DNA from: Camelus dromedarius
Taxonomy: Eukaryota
Reading direction: 5' to 3'
Length of the DNA: 64,000 bases
NCBI RefSeq assembly: GCF_036321535.1
Contig: NC_087436.1
Span: 89,778,001-89,842,000, forward strand
Of this stretch, positions 1 through 13,351 are shown in pieces. Every line of letters begins with the position of its first letter. The first letter of the stretch is position 1. Position numbers and translations under genes: made by a program. The notes beneath the pieces were generated by a model. That model saw only the letters and a program-made list of their open reading frames with translations, was not told where the DNA came from and did not search any database.

Positions 1-2344
1 AGACACTTGAATATCAATCAAAGTTTTCTCCCAAACTCACATTCCAAATTTCCCTGGAGCACGATATCGCTTTCCCAGCCCTTATTCCCCAAACCCCACA
101 TCCCAGGAAGAATTCATATTTGTATAACAGGAATGCTTTTGAGTTTCAAAAATGACATTTGCAAAGCACAGGTTTTTAAATTGTGAGAATTAGGCTTTTA
201 GAATGGAAAGTGACTCCTATTCTAATATTTGACTTTTGTTTGTTGTTCGAGAAGTCTTTAGGAATCAGAGTCCAAAGCGCATGCCGTGAACAGTGACAGT
301 GAACATGCCGCTGGCCAGGCTGCCTGAGGGGGGAAGCAGAGACAGGAGCGAGGCGGGGAGTCACTGGTATATGACTCTCAGATGGGGTCCTTTCTCCCTC
401 CTGCGGGAGAACATAAAAACTCTAATTAAGGTGGAAGAATCTGCGAGTGAAGGAAATGTGTTCCTCACTGTCCAAGGTGTAGCTGAGGATAAAGGTAAAC
501 TTGGGGTAAAGTCCTAAGCCAAATAGGACACTGTACCAGGAAAGCCACACAGAATTCTATTCTCTTCAAATTTTTAAAGGGAGCAGCAGAAATATCTCCC
601 ACCGTGAAATATGGTACAGACATAAATGGGGGAAAGAAAGATTAGAAACACATGCTAGACCATCTTAATGGTGTTGTAGCCATCCTTTCCTAGAATGCTC
701 TCTGGAACATTACCAGTCTGGTTTCCTGCCCACACTTTGACCATAGGACTTAAATTTTTATTTCAATGATTGTTCTTGCTTGCTGTACCCCAAACTCTTT
801 GAACACAGAGCTGAATTCCATTCATTATTTGATCCACAGTGATTTAAATTACTTCTACAGCATAGAAGACATTCAAGTAAGTAATCTCTTAAAAAGTTGA
901 GTGCAATTTGCAGGTAAGCTTTTAAGGGGAAGGGACCTCTGACTTGGCTTCTTCTTCCTCCCATGAAGACTTTTTGAGGCTCCAGCCTGACTTCATGGTG
1001 GAGATAGACTAGAAGGCAAGAAAGAGAGGATGTGTTCATGCTCTTTGACCTCAACTACTGTTAATATAGTCCAATGAATGTCTTAATATCTCACCAACCA
1101 AATTGTGAACTTCTCTCTCAGAAAAGAAATGGAAAAGAAACAGGCAGACTAGGACTAATGGGAGAAGGTTCAGAAATGTCCTCTCCCCTTTCATTATTAT
1201 AACTCTTATTTGATAGCTTAGAAGTCAGAAGATAGGATATTGTTATTTTATCAAGATCATAGAGCTATGAATTAACAAAGCCAAAATGGAAACCCCAGCT
1301 TATCTGGTCACAAAAAACATACTCTTTCCTCTACATCAGGGCTTCCCAGTAAGTGCAAGAAGAGATTATAGCTGAAATGTTATACTGATGCAGTCAGCTG
1401 ACATGGCCTGGGGCATCTGGAATCCCTGGCTTATTGCCTCTGACACAAGCAGTCTCGTCAAACAATCCCAGAATATACAAAGGTGATCCTTTTCTCTGTG
1501 TATCTTGGTATGAAAATGGCTGAGAGGCATCACATCATTCTGCAGTTCCAACTTTTTTTTTTTTTAAGAGAAGGAGCTGGAGAAGCAAAATGTGGCTGCA
1601 AATATATATGAATAGATAACAAGAGAAGAGAGGGTTGTGGAGAGAGCATAATGAGAGCAGGTATACATTCCAGAGATAACAAAGACAATGGATGTCAAGT
1701 TACCAGAGAGCAACAAATATAAACTGAGTGAGCAGAGCACAGTGAGAAGTTAGCTAGACGAGTCTAGAATGAAGTGAAAAGTCTGGGATGAACATTTGCT
1801 AAGGGACCTGGTAATAGTTATAAAATCTGGAAGGGCAGGAATAAGATTTTCGCCAACCTGCAAGTAACATCAGGATCCCTAGATCCCATGTGTATATTAC
1901 TCTTCTAAGTGTTCAGTGTCCACATTAGAACCTGATTTGCTCTATTAGCTTGCCTTGCAGAGGTGTTACCACATAGGTATACAATAGAAAACCACAGACT
2001 TCTTAGTGTTACATGTTTCAGATGATGATGTCTCAACAAATGACATGTTAATGCATCTAATAACAAGCTACTTTTTCCATATCAGTTCAGGCCTCCTTAT
2101 TATATCCTGGCTTCCAGAGACGCACGGAGAAGACAGCCCTGCTTACAGACCTCTGGGAAATTGTATATATCCCACGAGTCCTGGAAACAGGCTGGCCATA
2201 GATTCAGGTCTGATATGGAGAATGAGATTTTCAGTAAGATAACAAGGAGCTTCAGGCCACCATTACAATACTGTATCCAGGCCCCCAGCAATCATTCTGC
2301 TCCTATTTTTAAAACAACTGTTACCCCTTGGAAAGCCATTTTGC

Positions 2345-2562
2345 ATAGTGAGTGGTCAACTCACAGGCTATAAAACCAAACTGCTTGGATTGGATCCTGG
2401 CTGAATAACCCTGAGCAGATTACTTAATCTTCTGTGCTTCGGTTTCTCATCTCAAAAGAATAATAACAGTACTTCCCTCATGGTGCTACCACAAGGGTTA
2501 AATGCATGCAGTGTGCTGAGAACTGTGTCTGACACACAGTAAACCTTCAGCAACTGTTAGTT
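2345..2562 (+). mobile_element. MIR SINE
   Basis: MIR core 'ttacttaatcttctgtgcttcggtttctcatct' and 3' 'tgtgtctgacacacagtaaac'. Confidence 0.8.
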
Positions 2563-4179
2563 CTTCCTAGCATCACCTTTATAAGAAGGAGCTGGAGTCC
2601 TTAACCGAAGTGCTGACTTTTTGTGTTGAACCCTTGGGAAGTGTTATTTTTTATTAGCATTTCAGAATCTAAAGTACTAGCAATTAATTTACAGCCTGCA
2701 ATTTTCCCAGCCTTTTTGACATCTCATAATATTTAAGTCCATAGGTGTTTTCCCAATATGTAATCTACATATATCAAAACTCTCTAAGTTTTAGACCAGC
2801 ATGAGAACTTCCTTATTTCTTATATGCCTTGCCCACATAAGATACTAAACGAGAAAGTCCCCAGACCATCTCTTAAAATGTGGTGTAACCAGGTTATTTA
2901 TACATGGTAGAGGGCAGAATACAACTAAAATTTCACTAAGAGATAAAAAACAAAAACAAAAAAACTGTAGGAAATATGAGCTTTATGAAGACTCCAAGTT
3001 AGAATGAAGAAGAGGGGGAAAAAATTTAAATTCTCAATCCATCTGTTTTTTCAGTACAGTTCACTTTAAATTCTATTGAATAGTATGGTGCCAGTTGTTA
3101 ATATTAGGTCTTTGCACTAGTAATAATTCTTAACATCTATCTCACAGGACTGTGTGGGGAGATACTTTTCTGTGCTATATAAATGGCAAGAATCATCTTT
3201 GGTGGTATTCTTGAGGACGCCATTAATGGCCCCTTGTCTAAAAGCATCTGTCTCACCTACACAACCAAAGAAAGACATTACTTCTACAGTGTTCCCTCTT
3301 TTTTAGCCTCATGTAAGTGCATAGAGAGACAAAAGAACTTCAAGGCACACTTGCTTACTTCACAGCTTTATCTATGCCTGACTTGAATAATTGCAATGAA
3401 GCTTTCTTTACTACGAACTCAAAACAGTTGATCATGCCACCTCAAGTATTGTCATGACAACCTGGAAACAGTGAAGGGCAGAGTGTATTTTTTCCCTCAT
3501 CTACAACTTGAGCCCTGGATAAAGTTATTACAGGTTTCAAAGTCCCATTACACGGTGAGGGCCAGACAGGTACTAGGACCACTGTCTGTTGGTGGTGTAC
3601 TGAATTCTCCAAGGACTTCCCTGTGCCAATGATGCCTCCATAGTAAATACACAAACAAAATCCAGGCTTATAAAAATGCACGAAATCAAGAGTAATACTC
3701 AGATAGCCATGGCTGCATTTAAGAAACTGTGAATGTCGACCTATTAGATAAACCTTTGTACTCGTTGTTAAATACAAAATTCTTTTGAAATTGTTACTGA
3801 AACTCCTTTGGTGGACTAGCTTATCCTTGTGAAAAGTCAGCCTGAATCAGATTGTCCCTATTAGTGTACCTTGACTGATGTCCTTACTGCTGTTACATGC
3901 ATGTTAATGTCTTTATTGAAAATACCGATAAGATTGTCTCCCTAAATTAAGGAGTTTGCAAGTTGTTTGGTGAGCTAATATTAATATACATAAAATAATA
4001 GCAGAAATAAAATAAACAGATAAAACGTATTAGTACTCCATGAATTCATAAAATGGTAGTTTGAAATAATTCTTTCATAAAGGAGGAAAGTCAGTGTGCT
4101 CTGGAGAGAATGAGAGAACAGCGGACTAGGAAACTGGTTTGAAGGAGCAGACCCAGGGTCTGAGTAAGAACACACTTCC

Positions 4180-5009
4180 CCTCCAAGGTCGCGCGCCTCA
4201 GAACTTCCCTCCGGCAACTCTTGAGCGTCGCTGGCAACCCAGCACCGCCATGTGCCACCTATTTTTACCCGTTTTGAGTGTGAATATTTGCTAGGATTAT
4301 CATGTTTCTGTACCACCACTGTGTGCCACCATTACCTTTGGGTATATGGTGGGCGTATAATTTGTCTTTTTATTTCACAAAGATATAAATCAAGACGAGT
4401 CGTATCCTGACCTGATAAAGACATAGAATGTCATAAGATCAGATCAGTGTTTGATCCTGTGTGTTGTGTGCTGAGTTGTCTCCCCTGGAGAGAGAGTGAG
4501 TGTATTTTGCAAGCAGGAGGGAGGAAAGTAAATATTGTGACGAAGAAAGTAGACTGTAGTAGACTTCATAAATTTTCAAAATATTATGTGCTCCTCTTTA
4601 CAGAAGATACATCCCAGTTCTGTTGACATCAGGCTTAGCTGCGGGATTTTCTGTCCCGCTTCATGTGAGGAAGAAGTACAGCCCCACCTTTCTAACATCA
4701 GGCTTCACCAAGTGACTTGTTTTGCCTAGTGAAATGTGAACAGGTGTGAAACGTTACAATTCTGAGCAAGAGCCTTAAGAGCCTCTATCACGTTGAATTT
4801 CTTTTTCCCTCTACAATAAGAAAGCCAAAGTCCTAGGGAGACTACTGTATCAGCTTGAGTTCTAGAATAAAGTTTGTATGAAGAGAACCCCAGAGAAACT
4901 AAGATTAACACAGTATGAGTGGGAAATTAACTTTTTTTCTTTTTGTCAACTGCAAAGAACTGGGAGTTGTTTCTTACTACAGCATATCTTAGACAAGCTG
5001 ACTGATACA
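4180..5009 (+). mobile_element. MaLR (MLT1-type) LTR at ~4556-5009 with an upstream internal-region remnant
   Basis: TG start 'tgtagtagac' and MLT1-type end 'gggagttgtttcttactacagcat...gctgactgataca'. Confidence 0.65.
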
Positions 5010-5049
5010 GAGTGGGAGGATCTGTACTGGTGGAAGGAGAGACACGTTC

Positions 5050-6100
5050 TTATATAACAATAGTAGGCATGAGTAAAGAAAAGATGCTAGAGGAGTAACA
5101 ATGAAGAGGTAAGTCTGGATAGAACAGAAGTGTTACAAGGAAGTGAGGTGTGAACATTTGTATGTAGTTCTTTTTTTTTGGTGATGGGAAATCTGAAAAC
5201 TAGTTGTAGGGTTTAGACTTGCAGTAGTAACACTGGTGAACATTTAGGTTTTTAGGTAGGAGGTCACAAGATGAACATCCATCTGATGGCAACTAACTTG
5301 GCTGTCATAAGTTTGAAAATGTAATTGGGTGAGAGAGGAACAGAAATTCTGGAAAAGTTAATTTAAGAACTGTTAATAGTCATTTGATGATTGTGAGTGA
5401 ACTGTGGCCTATGACAGTGGAGACGGGAAGAAGGTAAAGAACAAAATAATTCTTTACAAGTAAAAATACAGAGATCTTCAACATTTACAGAATATAGAGA
5501 ATAAAGGAGAGGAATGAGTCAAAGATGACTTTGTGGTTCCAAATCTAAGGAGCTGGGGCAATGGAAACACCATGGACAAAGACAGGTAACCTGGAAGGGA
5601 GGGCTAGTTTTGAGGGAAAACTTTGTGTTTGGATTAGATATGTTAGTTTTTTATACTTGACATGAGCCATTCAGTGAAATGTTAGAGAGCTCTTGTGCCT
5701 GGATCAGAGATCAAGTCCCAAGATAGAAATTTGTGAGTCATCTACACATGGATTATTACTAAAGCCAAAAAATGAGTGAGTCTTCCGAGACAAAAGACAT
5801 GCAGTGAAAATGAAAGAAATTTAAGAAAGAAGCCATGGATAAGGGGTCAGACGGAGGCAGATAATTGTAGAATCAAGAAGTTAGATGTGTATATATACAA
5901 GACATACGTATTATCACAACATTGATTTTTTTTCCAAAGATGTTTAGAATTATCTGAGGCATGAGAGAGAGCAAGAATAGAGAAGATGGAAAAAAAATTC
6001 ATTGGGTGTATCAATTCTTAGGGTCTGTCTGAAAAGTCATTTAGTGATAGAGATAATTGAGATTAGTAATGTTTAGAGATGGCCTACAATTGGAACATCA
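5050..6100 (-). mobile_element. Degraded L2 LINE fragments
   Basis: L2 motif 'gagaggaatgagtcaaagatgactttgtggtt' in a purine-rich stretch. Confidence 0.6.
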
Positions 6101-6269
6101 AAGATTCTTAAGAAAAAAAGAAAGGGGATGAGTGTAGAAAGAAGGAAGGTTATTTACACACCAGAAACGGATGCCTTGAGAGATGCGGGTGGAGGGATTA
6201 AGTTAGTTCTTGGTGAGACAAGTGTTTCCATTTTATTTGACTTTGGGCTGGGGTGAAAATAATAAAAAT

Positions 6270-6515
6270 AAACATAGATTGAGTTCTGGTTATGTGTGAG
6301 GCATTGTAATGAGAACTTGACATATGTTATGTCACTTAATCCTTCAAACAAACTTACTGATTAAGAAGTGTTATTATTATCAGCATTTATAGGGGAAAAA
6401 AACCTTCTAAGGCAGTGAAAAGTAAAATGAATCAACATAAGTCATTAGTCAGTGGTAGAATTGAGAGTCAAACTCATAAGTTTAGATTCAGAATCAGGAC
6501 CCTAAACCACTATGT
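6270..6515 (-). mobile_element. MIR SINE
   Basis: 'tcacttaatccttcaaacaaac...ttattatcagcatttatagggg...ctaaaccactatg'. Confidence 0.65.
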
Positions 6516-6719
6516 TTGGGATGAAAATGAGGTGTTCAATTTGAAACAAGGAAAACTAGGTGTGGCCATTGTAACGAGCAAATTGAGGGGACTAGCAGCA
6601 TTTCTTTTAGTCACTATATATATATATTTTTTTTTTTTCTAGTAACTACCATTTCAAATACTAGGACATTTCACAATAAAATAAATACCTAAAAAAATCC
6701 AGTAAGTGATTTAGCATAA

Positions 6720-7030
6720 CTCTTCATGGTTAATGAGTCATTTATATTATCTCATTTGATTCTTACAGGAAACTATGTAATAAGTAAGACTGTTTTATTC
6801 CTTCCCTTCTGCTTGCTTGCTTGCTTGCTTTTTCTTTCTTTCTTTTCCTTCCTTTTTCCCCTTCCTTCCCTTCTTCCCTTCCCTTTCTTTCCTTCTCTCT
6901 TACAGATAAGAAAAACAAAGGAGTAGAGGAGGAAGAGTTTAAGTTTATTAAAGTTACCCACTAGAATGTGACAAAGTTGAAGTTCAAAACCAGGTCCATG
7001 CTTTTACTCCAAACGAAGTGTTCTTGACAC
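6720..7030 (-). mobile_element. MIR SINE interrupted by a CT-rich low-complexity tract (~6800-6900)
   Basis: 'atctcatttgattcttaca...tacagataagaaaaacaaagg...aagttaccca'. Confidence 0.6.
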
Positions 7031-7243
7031 TTAGCTAACTGATCTGCCAAATACTCATTTTTTTGCAAATAACAGCATAGATACATGCATAGCATTTGAT
7101 AAAGTCCTCTGAGTTTCTCTAATTATTCCTGAAGAAAGCATAATATAAGAACCAGAGAAATATAACTCTCCAAGAGATACGGCTCCCATCTGGACTGGCT
7201 TCCTGACTTCCTCATTCCTGCACAAATCCCACTTATTGTCTTT

Positions 7244-7417
7244 TTTTTTTTTTTTAACATATTTTTATTGAGTTATAGTCATTTTACAATGTTGTGTCAA
7301 ATTCCAGTATAGAGCACAATTTTTCAGTTATACACGAACATACATATATTCATTGCCACGTTGTTTTCTCTGTGAGCTACCATAAGATCTTGTATATATT
7401 TCCCTGTGCTGTACAGT
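7244..7417 (-). mobile_element. Young L1 3' end (camelid-type), 5'-truncated
   Basis: Poly-T tail plus L1 3'UTR; TSD ccactta(t/c)tgtcttt at 7229-7243 and 7418-7432; closely matches the copy at 44544. Confidence 0.9.
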
Positions 7418-9098
7418 CCACTTACTGTCTTTATCACAGAAGTATTGATAGTTTGTTCAGAAGGAATGCTTCAGACTTCTTTTCCTCTTATTTTAAGAGC
7501 CATTTCCCTGAGGCAGTAAAGATGCTCCTGTGTAGCCCTTTCATCATTCCATCCAAAACCTAAAGTATTATTTTACCTTTGAAACTGAGCATCACTGGGG
7601 CTGGAACGGCATAATTTATCCCATGTTCCTATGAGTCACATATTTTAACAAAGCCCAACTTGTGATCTTTTGTTACAATGCTGTAAAAGCTTTTCTTCAG
7701 TATTATTCCTGTTCTTGCTTAAGTTATTAGGAATAATTTAAGCTATAATTAAAAATAACATTTTAGCTCCTATTCTTCAAGTAGGCATTTTACAAATTAT
7801 TTTTGTTTACTTCAGTCGAATACTGTGATATTACCAGCAAATGTTTGGATTTTGGTCAAAACAAAATAAAGTATTAATTAGGTAAAAAATTTTTAAAAAA
7901 TGAAATTCATTGCCATTGTTACTAGCTGTGTTCTTTTCCCTAAGTTTAACTGAATAATTTAGCTTCATGAACTAGCATAATTCATTTTGGAAAATGTAAA
8001 CTTAGTTTGTTGTTTGAGCCTAGATGTCTGGATTTCTTGATTAACAATATATAAAAGTGAACATAATGATGCTTAGTATCTTGTATGGAGGTCTGGTATG
8101 TCCAAGGTCCTGTTCTCCAGAATCTAGCTACTTTCCAAGAGACGGCATATGAAACTTCAGCAGCATCCTATTGAAACAGTTGATTGGAGCCCCAAACTGT
8201 CCATCCAAGCATATAATTCCCGGGAGAATAAAATAAACTAGGTAGAGCTGATTTGAGAAAAGCTTGTCAAATCTGGAATTATCTCATTATATACAGAGCC
8301 AGTTGTCAAGAGAAAACCTGGTGCATGTGGTCCTTAAGCCTCTGGATTCATATAGCTTGGGAGTATGCAGGAAGATGAGCCATTTCATTTCTTCTGCAAG
8401 GCAAGAGAAGTCTCTATCCCAAATAGCTCCTTCCCCTGAAATAGTAAAGCCTTACCAACTGAAACTCCTCTTCTGGCTTCATTTGGATTAGCTCATCTTT
8501 TAAAATGCAAATATCCCAGACCAGTTAAGGGATTAATACCTTAGGGGGAAAAATATCTTTCAATCAGGTTACTTTTTTCCCTAACATTGAACAAAATTCA
8601 TTCTCTCTGAAGACAATTAAAGACCAGACTTCTGAGGATCTTGAAAGTCTCGCAGCCTTTGTGCTGGATGTGTTAGGCAACCACCATACTTTCTGATGCA
8701 AGAATGAAAAATACTGCGTAAAGAAAATTGGTTAGTAAGACGTTTGGGGTGTGGCTTAGACCATTACAAAATGATAGATGGGCATGATCCCAGACCCATG
8801 AGTCAGTGGACTTTCCCTATTCTCTGCTCTGTCACAAACCTACTAGGTGATCATGACCAGTTTGTCTGCTTCTTAGTTTCAGGTTTATCATTTCTAAAAT
8901 AATGGTGTCAAGCAGCTTCTTCTAATAAATAGGTGGGAGAGCTCCATGATTTATAGTTGGAGCTCTGGAGTTATACCCACCTGAGTCTGAATTCCTGTTC
9001 ACTAGCTGAGTGACCTTTGGAAAATTACTTAATTATATCATTTATTTTATAAATATCATTACTACTATTTGTGTTGCTATTACTGAGTGACTGTCTCC

Positions 9099-9474
9099 TG
9101 TGACTAAATTTTTGTTAGGCTCCTTTAAGCTCTCTTTTCAACTCTCTCTCTGTTTCCCTCCTTGCCAAGCTCAGTCTTAGCAAGAATCCTGCTTAGTCAG
9201 TTTAGTGAGAATCCCCTACCCTTGATAAATAATCTGGTCTGTCTTCAGTAAAAATCCTGTTAAGTAAGTTTAGTAAGAATCCTCCTGTTCCTGAAGTCTC
9301 CTCTTAGTAATTTTTTATTTATTGACCCCCTGCCCCACCTGTCTGCTCATTGGCTGTAAATCCTCAGCTGTCTTTGTTGTATCTGGAGATGACCTCAAAC
9401 TCCCTTGTTGTAATAGTCTTGAAGAAAGTCTTCCTTACCATTTTAACAATGGTCAGAATAATTTTCCTTTCACA
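9099..9474 (+). mobile_element. ERV1-class solo LTR (MER34/MER39-like)
   Basis: TG...CA ends; repeated 'aagaatcctgcttagtcagtttagtgagaatcc' motif; U5-like 'aaagtcttccttaccattttaaca'. Confidence 0.7.
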
Positions 9475-12406
9475 TTATTCTCTAATTATTAGAAAGTTCT
9501 CTTTCATATTGAGCTGAGAGCCTGTGTTTTATCACTTCCTCCCACTCGTGCTATCACTTCCCTTCTGGAGACATAAGTAACATTTCTATTTCCTCTTGAA
9601 TGCAAAAATCTTTCTAATACATGAAAAAAAGTGATCATATGTCTCAAGTCTTTTTTCAAGGTAAACATCCCTATTTTCTTCTGAGTTCCAGATTATTATT
9701 ATTACTTTAGTCCCTCTTATATAAATGTTTGAATATATCACTGTGACACCTAGTTATAACACTTCAGAAGTAATCATAACATCTTAGGGCCCAGTGACAC
9801 TATTATCTTGGTTGGTCTAAGTCCTACAATTCTCTGAAGTTGACCTAAGAAGTAGCCCACAGATGCATTAATTTTTGACAGCTGCGTTACAACTTTGATA
9901 CACAAATACTGATAGGAATCTGTGTTTTCTCTAACCTGAAATTTTTGCAGTTGATTCTTGTTAAAATTAAGTGCAGGATTTAATAACAGGATGTGATCAT
10001 TTAGGATAGACTTCCCCAAAAAATGGCATTTCTATTTGTCTCATGAAACAATGATGGACCTGCATCTTATGAACTGAAACTTGAAAGATGATGGACACTA
10101 TAATGATAAAAAGTGAATATTTTCTAATGGTAGGATGGAAGAATGAAAGGCATAGAGATAGGAATTAGCAAGTGGCATGTGCGTAAGAAGGATGCAGTGT
10201 GGTGAGTAATGAAAAATCAGCCTTTAGCTGAGGTATTACTTTCTTTGAGAAATATCCATTGCACGCTCTCCTCCAATATTGGTGGCTTCTCCAGAGCAGC
10301 TTAGATACCAATTTCAAACTGCATTTTTTGGACATGTGTCATGTGTTATTTTTCTGGAACAAAAAAAGCAATTCCTTAGAGAAAATTTTGGAAGCATAGA
10401 AAAGCTCATTTGATCTGAATTATCTGTGGAGATATACATATGAATACATATATATATCTGTCACAGGATTACATGTGTATATTTATCTCATAATGCATTA
10501 TAAATAAATAGATGTAAATAATTAAACTTTTTCCCTGCCAATTCCACTTCCGGGACATAATCATCACGATGTACCTGTCTGGGTCCTTCCCCCTTTAGGC
10601 TGTAAGTTCCTTGAATATATGTAAAGTGAGTTATATTCAGGGTTGTAAACCCTGAGATAAAGGATGAAGTCTGTATAAAACTAAGATCCTCTAAGTTTTC
10701 AGTCCTACCAGGTATGTAGTCAGTATGCAGTCAGTATTACATATGATATAAAAATAATACATGAGGGTGAAAAAACAGACTTCTACCCCAAAATATAATT
10801 ACCAGATAAGTGAGAAGATATTTTGTCTGGAAAAAAATCTTAGTACAAGCTAAGCAATCCTGATGCCATTTAGATTTTTAAAAATTACTGTGGGAAATAA
10901 ACTTCAACTGCACCCCAACAGGGAAATTTTGCCTAAAGACAGTGTCGTTAGCCTTTTGTGCATCTCAGCAGCATGCAACAGCACTGAAAATGAAAATTGA
11001 ATTTAACTATAGCAACAAACATTGTCACATAGCGTAGACAGAACAAAAGTAACCAGGAGAACAAGCTTTAGAGATCATAAAAGCTCAGTATCTTGGCAAC
11101 CTTTTGTGTTGGGGTTTTTTTTTTTTAAAATGGATAATATTGTGCTCTGTTTCTAATTTATTCAGCCATTGCTGAGTGATAGCAACATTATAACTACAGA
11201 AACTGTATGTCATCTTGACATTGGATTTCTTAAATATAATAATAATTTTTTTTTTCTTATTTAGTTTTGCTTTGGTAGGAAGAATTCCCTAAAGCAATAC
11301 TTAACATGATCAGCTCAACTCTGTCGTCTAGCTGACAAGTCACTATATTTTGTCCAATCATTTTTCTGGTAATTTTGAGAAAATTCTTTTAATGTTTCTA
11401 TTAGGCAAAGATTTGAGAAAAGATGACTTCAGTCTCCCCTCATCAGCTAGAAACATCTTTAAAAGAATACCCTGGGATTTAATTTATTTAACTCATCATT
11501 ATTAATTTATTAATATATTGGTCTGATATCCGTGAAATACACTTAGGATGGTACCAAGGCATAAGTAAACAGGGTTACTAATACACAAGGGAACACAGAA
11601 AAGGTAAGTTCCACGAGTTAAATGCTATTTCTGGGCCGGGCACTGTGCTGGGTGCTGGCTATGTATGCTTACGTCAGTACGGAAAAGCCTAGCCTTTGTG
11701 TGGTTCACTGACCACTAGCAAATAATCTCTCATAATTTTCATGATTTGCATCTTTCAAAGATCTTTTAAATGCACCATAAAATGAATAGCTTAAAGTTTA
11801 TTTACATACAATTCACAACTAGCTGGCCTCTCTGACACTTTTCAGAAGGAACACTAACCTTTGTTAAATTCATGCATTTCTGCTCCTCCTCCTTCACCTC
11901 AGGGTGATGAATTGAGGTTGTTCAAAGCGGCTCAAGGCAAATCCAAATCCTCTGTGAAGCCTGCCTCCGGCCCTATTCCCCAAGTGCAACTTCTGGGTTG
12001 AGTCAGACTCTCGAAAACCTCTCAAATTTGTGAAAAACCAGACCAGGCATGTTCACATGAGGCTGTGACAAATCTGTAGTGCCCTGATTTTCTTGCTGTA
12101 GACTGTTATCCCACTGCAGTCACCATCAAGGTAGTCATAATTTAATATAACACAAACAAATGTGTGTGGCGCTCATTAATCTCTTTTTCTATGTCATTTA
12201 TTTTCTCTATGAAATTTCTTTTCCCAACTTCTTTTAACTATTTCTTAATGCCTAGCACAGTCAATAGTCATTAAATCTATAAATAAATTAGTAGAATGAA
12301 TGAACAATCTGTCACTCTTTCCGCTATCCCCTCGAGAGCATTTCACACCCTTGTTTGCTCTCTTTGCTCATCTTTTTTAATAATGACCCATGAACACTTT
12401 CATTCT

Positions 12407-12804
12407 TGTTATGGGACATGATACGGTGGGCCGGTGATGCTGGTTGGTAAAATAACTCACCAGAGGCCAAGGAAAGAATAAGAACAAGGAAAAATTTAAT
12501 AGTTACGGAGCTACAGACAGCAGCGGGCCACACAGAGGAGAGGTGCCTGTGTGAGCCCCGAGGGTGGGAGTGCAGGGTCTTTTATTGGGGGGTGGGGGAG
12601 GTGCACACAAGGAGTAGGGGCTGCATGGTCAATTCGTGTACAGGTGCCTGATTGGCTATAAGGTCTGTCGGGGTCTACTCTGAATAATAGGGTTTTGGAC
12701 TTTGATAAGGGCAGGGTGTGAGACTCGCCCCCTCAGGGTATTGTGAGACGGGCTATTTCCTGCGGCAAATGGGTTTTGTTAGGGTAAACATACATCAAGA
12801 GATA
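12407..12804 (-). mobile_element. ERV solo LTR
   Basis: Starts TGTT and ends TA (CA>TA); 4-bp TSD ttct at 12403-12406 and 12805-12808; GC-richer than flanks; CCAAT on the minus strand. Confidence 0.7.
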
Positions 12805-13181
12805 TTCTTTGTTTATTTGTTTGTTTGTTTGCTTTATCCTGCAGAAATGCAGGTATGCAGAGTGGTCCTACAATGGGGAGTGGGGGTTAAGGTGACAATG
12901 GCTCCAGGCACTTGGAGAGCACCGGGGTGGGGTTTTATGACTCCAGAGAGTGCCAGCCTGCTCCACGCTCCACAGATCTGACTAGGTGTCATCCCGTCCC
13001 CCTCCTCCTCCATAGCCGAGTGGCTCCAAATGCCTTCAGTCGTGTTGCTTTGTCTCCCATTTCTTGTGTATGGGAAGTGCTTTTTATGTTTTTGTTTTTT
13101 GGAAAACACTCCGTATCAGTGATTTCCAGTAGCCACACAGAGGCATATCCAAGACTCTCAGTTTCAAACTCTTCAATTTTA

Positions 13182-13351
13182 TTGGTCTTCCTGGGTATCC
13201 ACACCAGGGTTCCAGGACCCCCATGGACACCAAAATCTGAGGATGCTCAAGTCCCTTATGTAAAATGACCTAGCACAGTCAGTGTTTCATTTCCCAGGTT
13301 CCATAGCTGCGGATTCAACACACTGCGGATCCATGGTTGGAGGGCCTACCG
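13182..13351. mobile_element. Short MER2/Tigger-family MITE
   Basis: 'gttccaggaccccc...accaaaatctgaggatgctcaagtcccttatgtaaaatg' matches the MER2 copy at 24533; TA flanks. Confidence 0.8.

Noticed and set aside
11279..11335. Possible exon EEFPKAILNMISSTLSSS*
   Set aside because: Ambiguous acceptors, early stop and no good donor.
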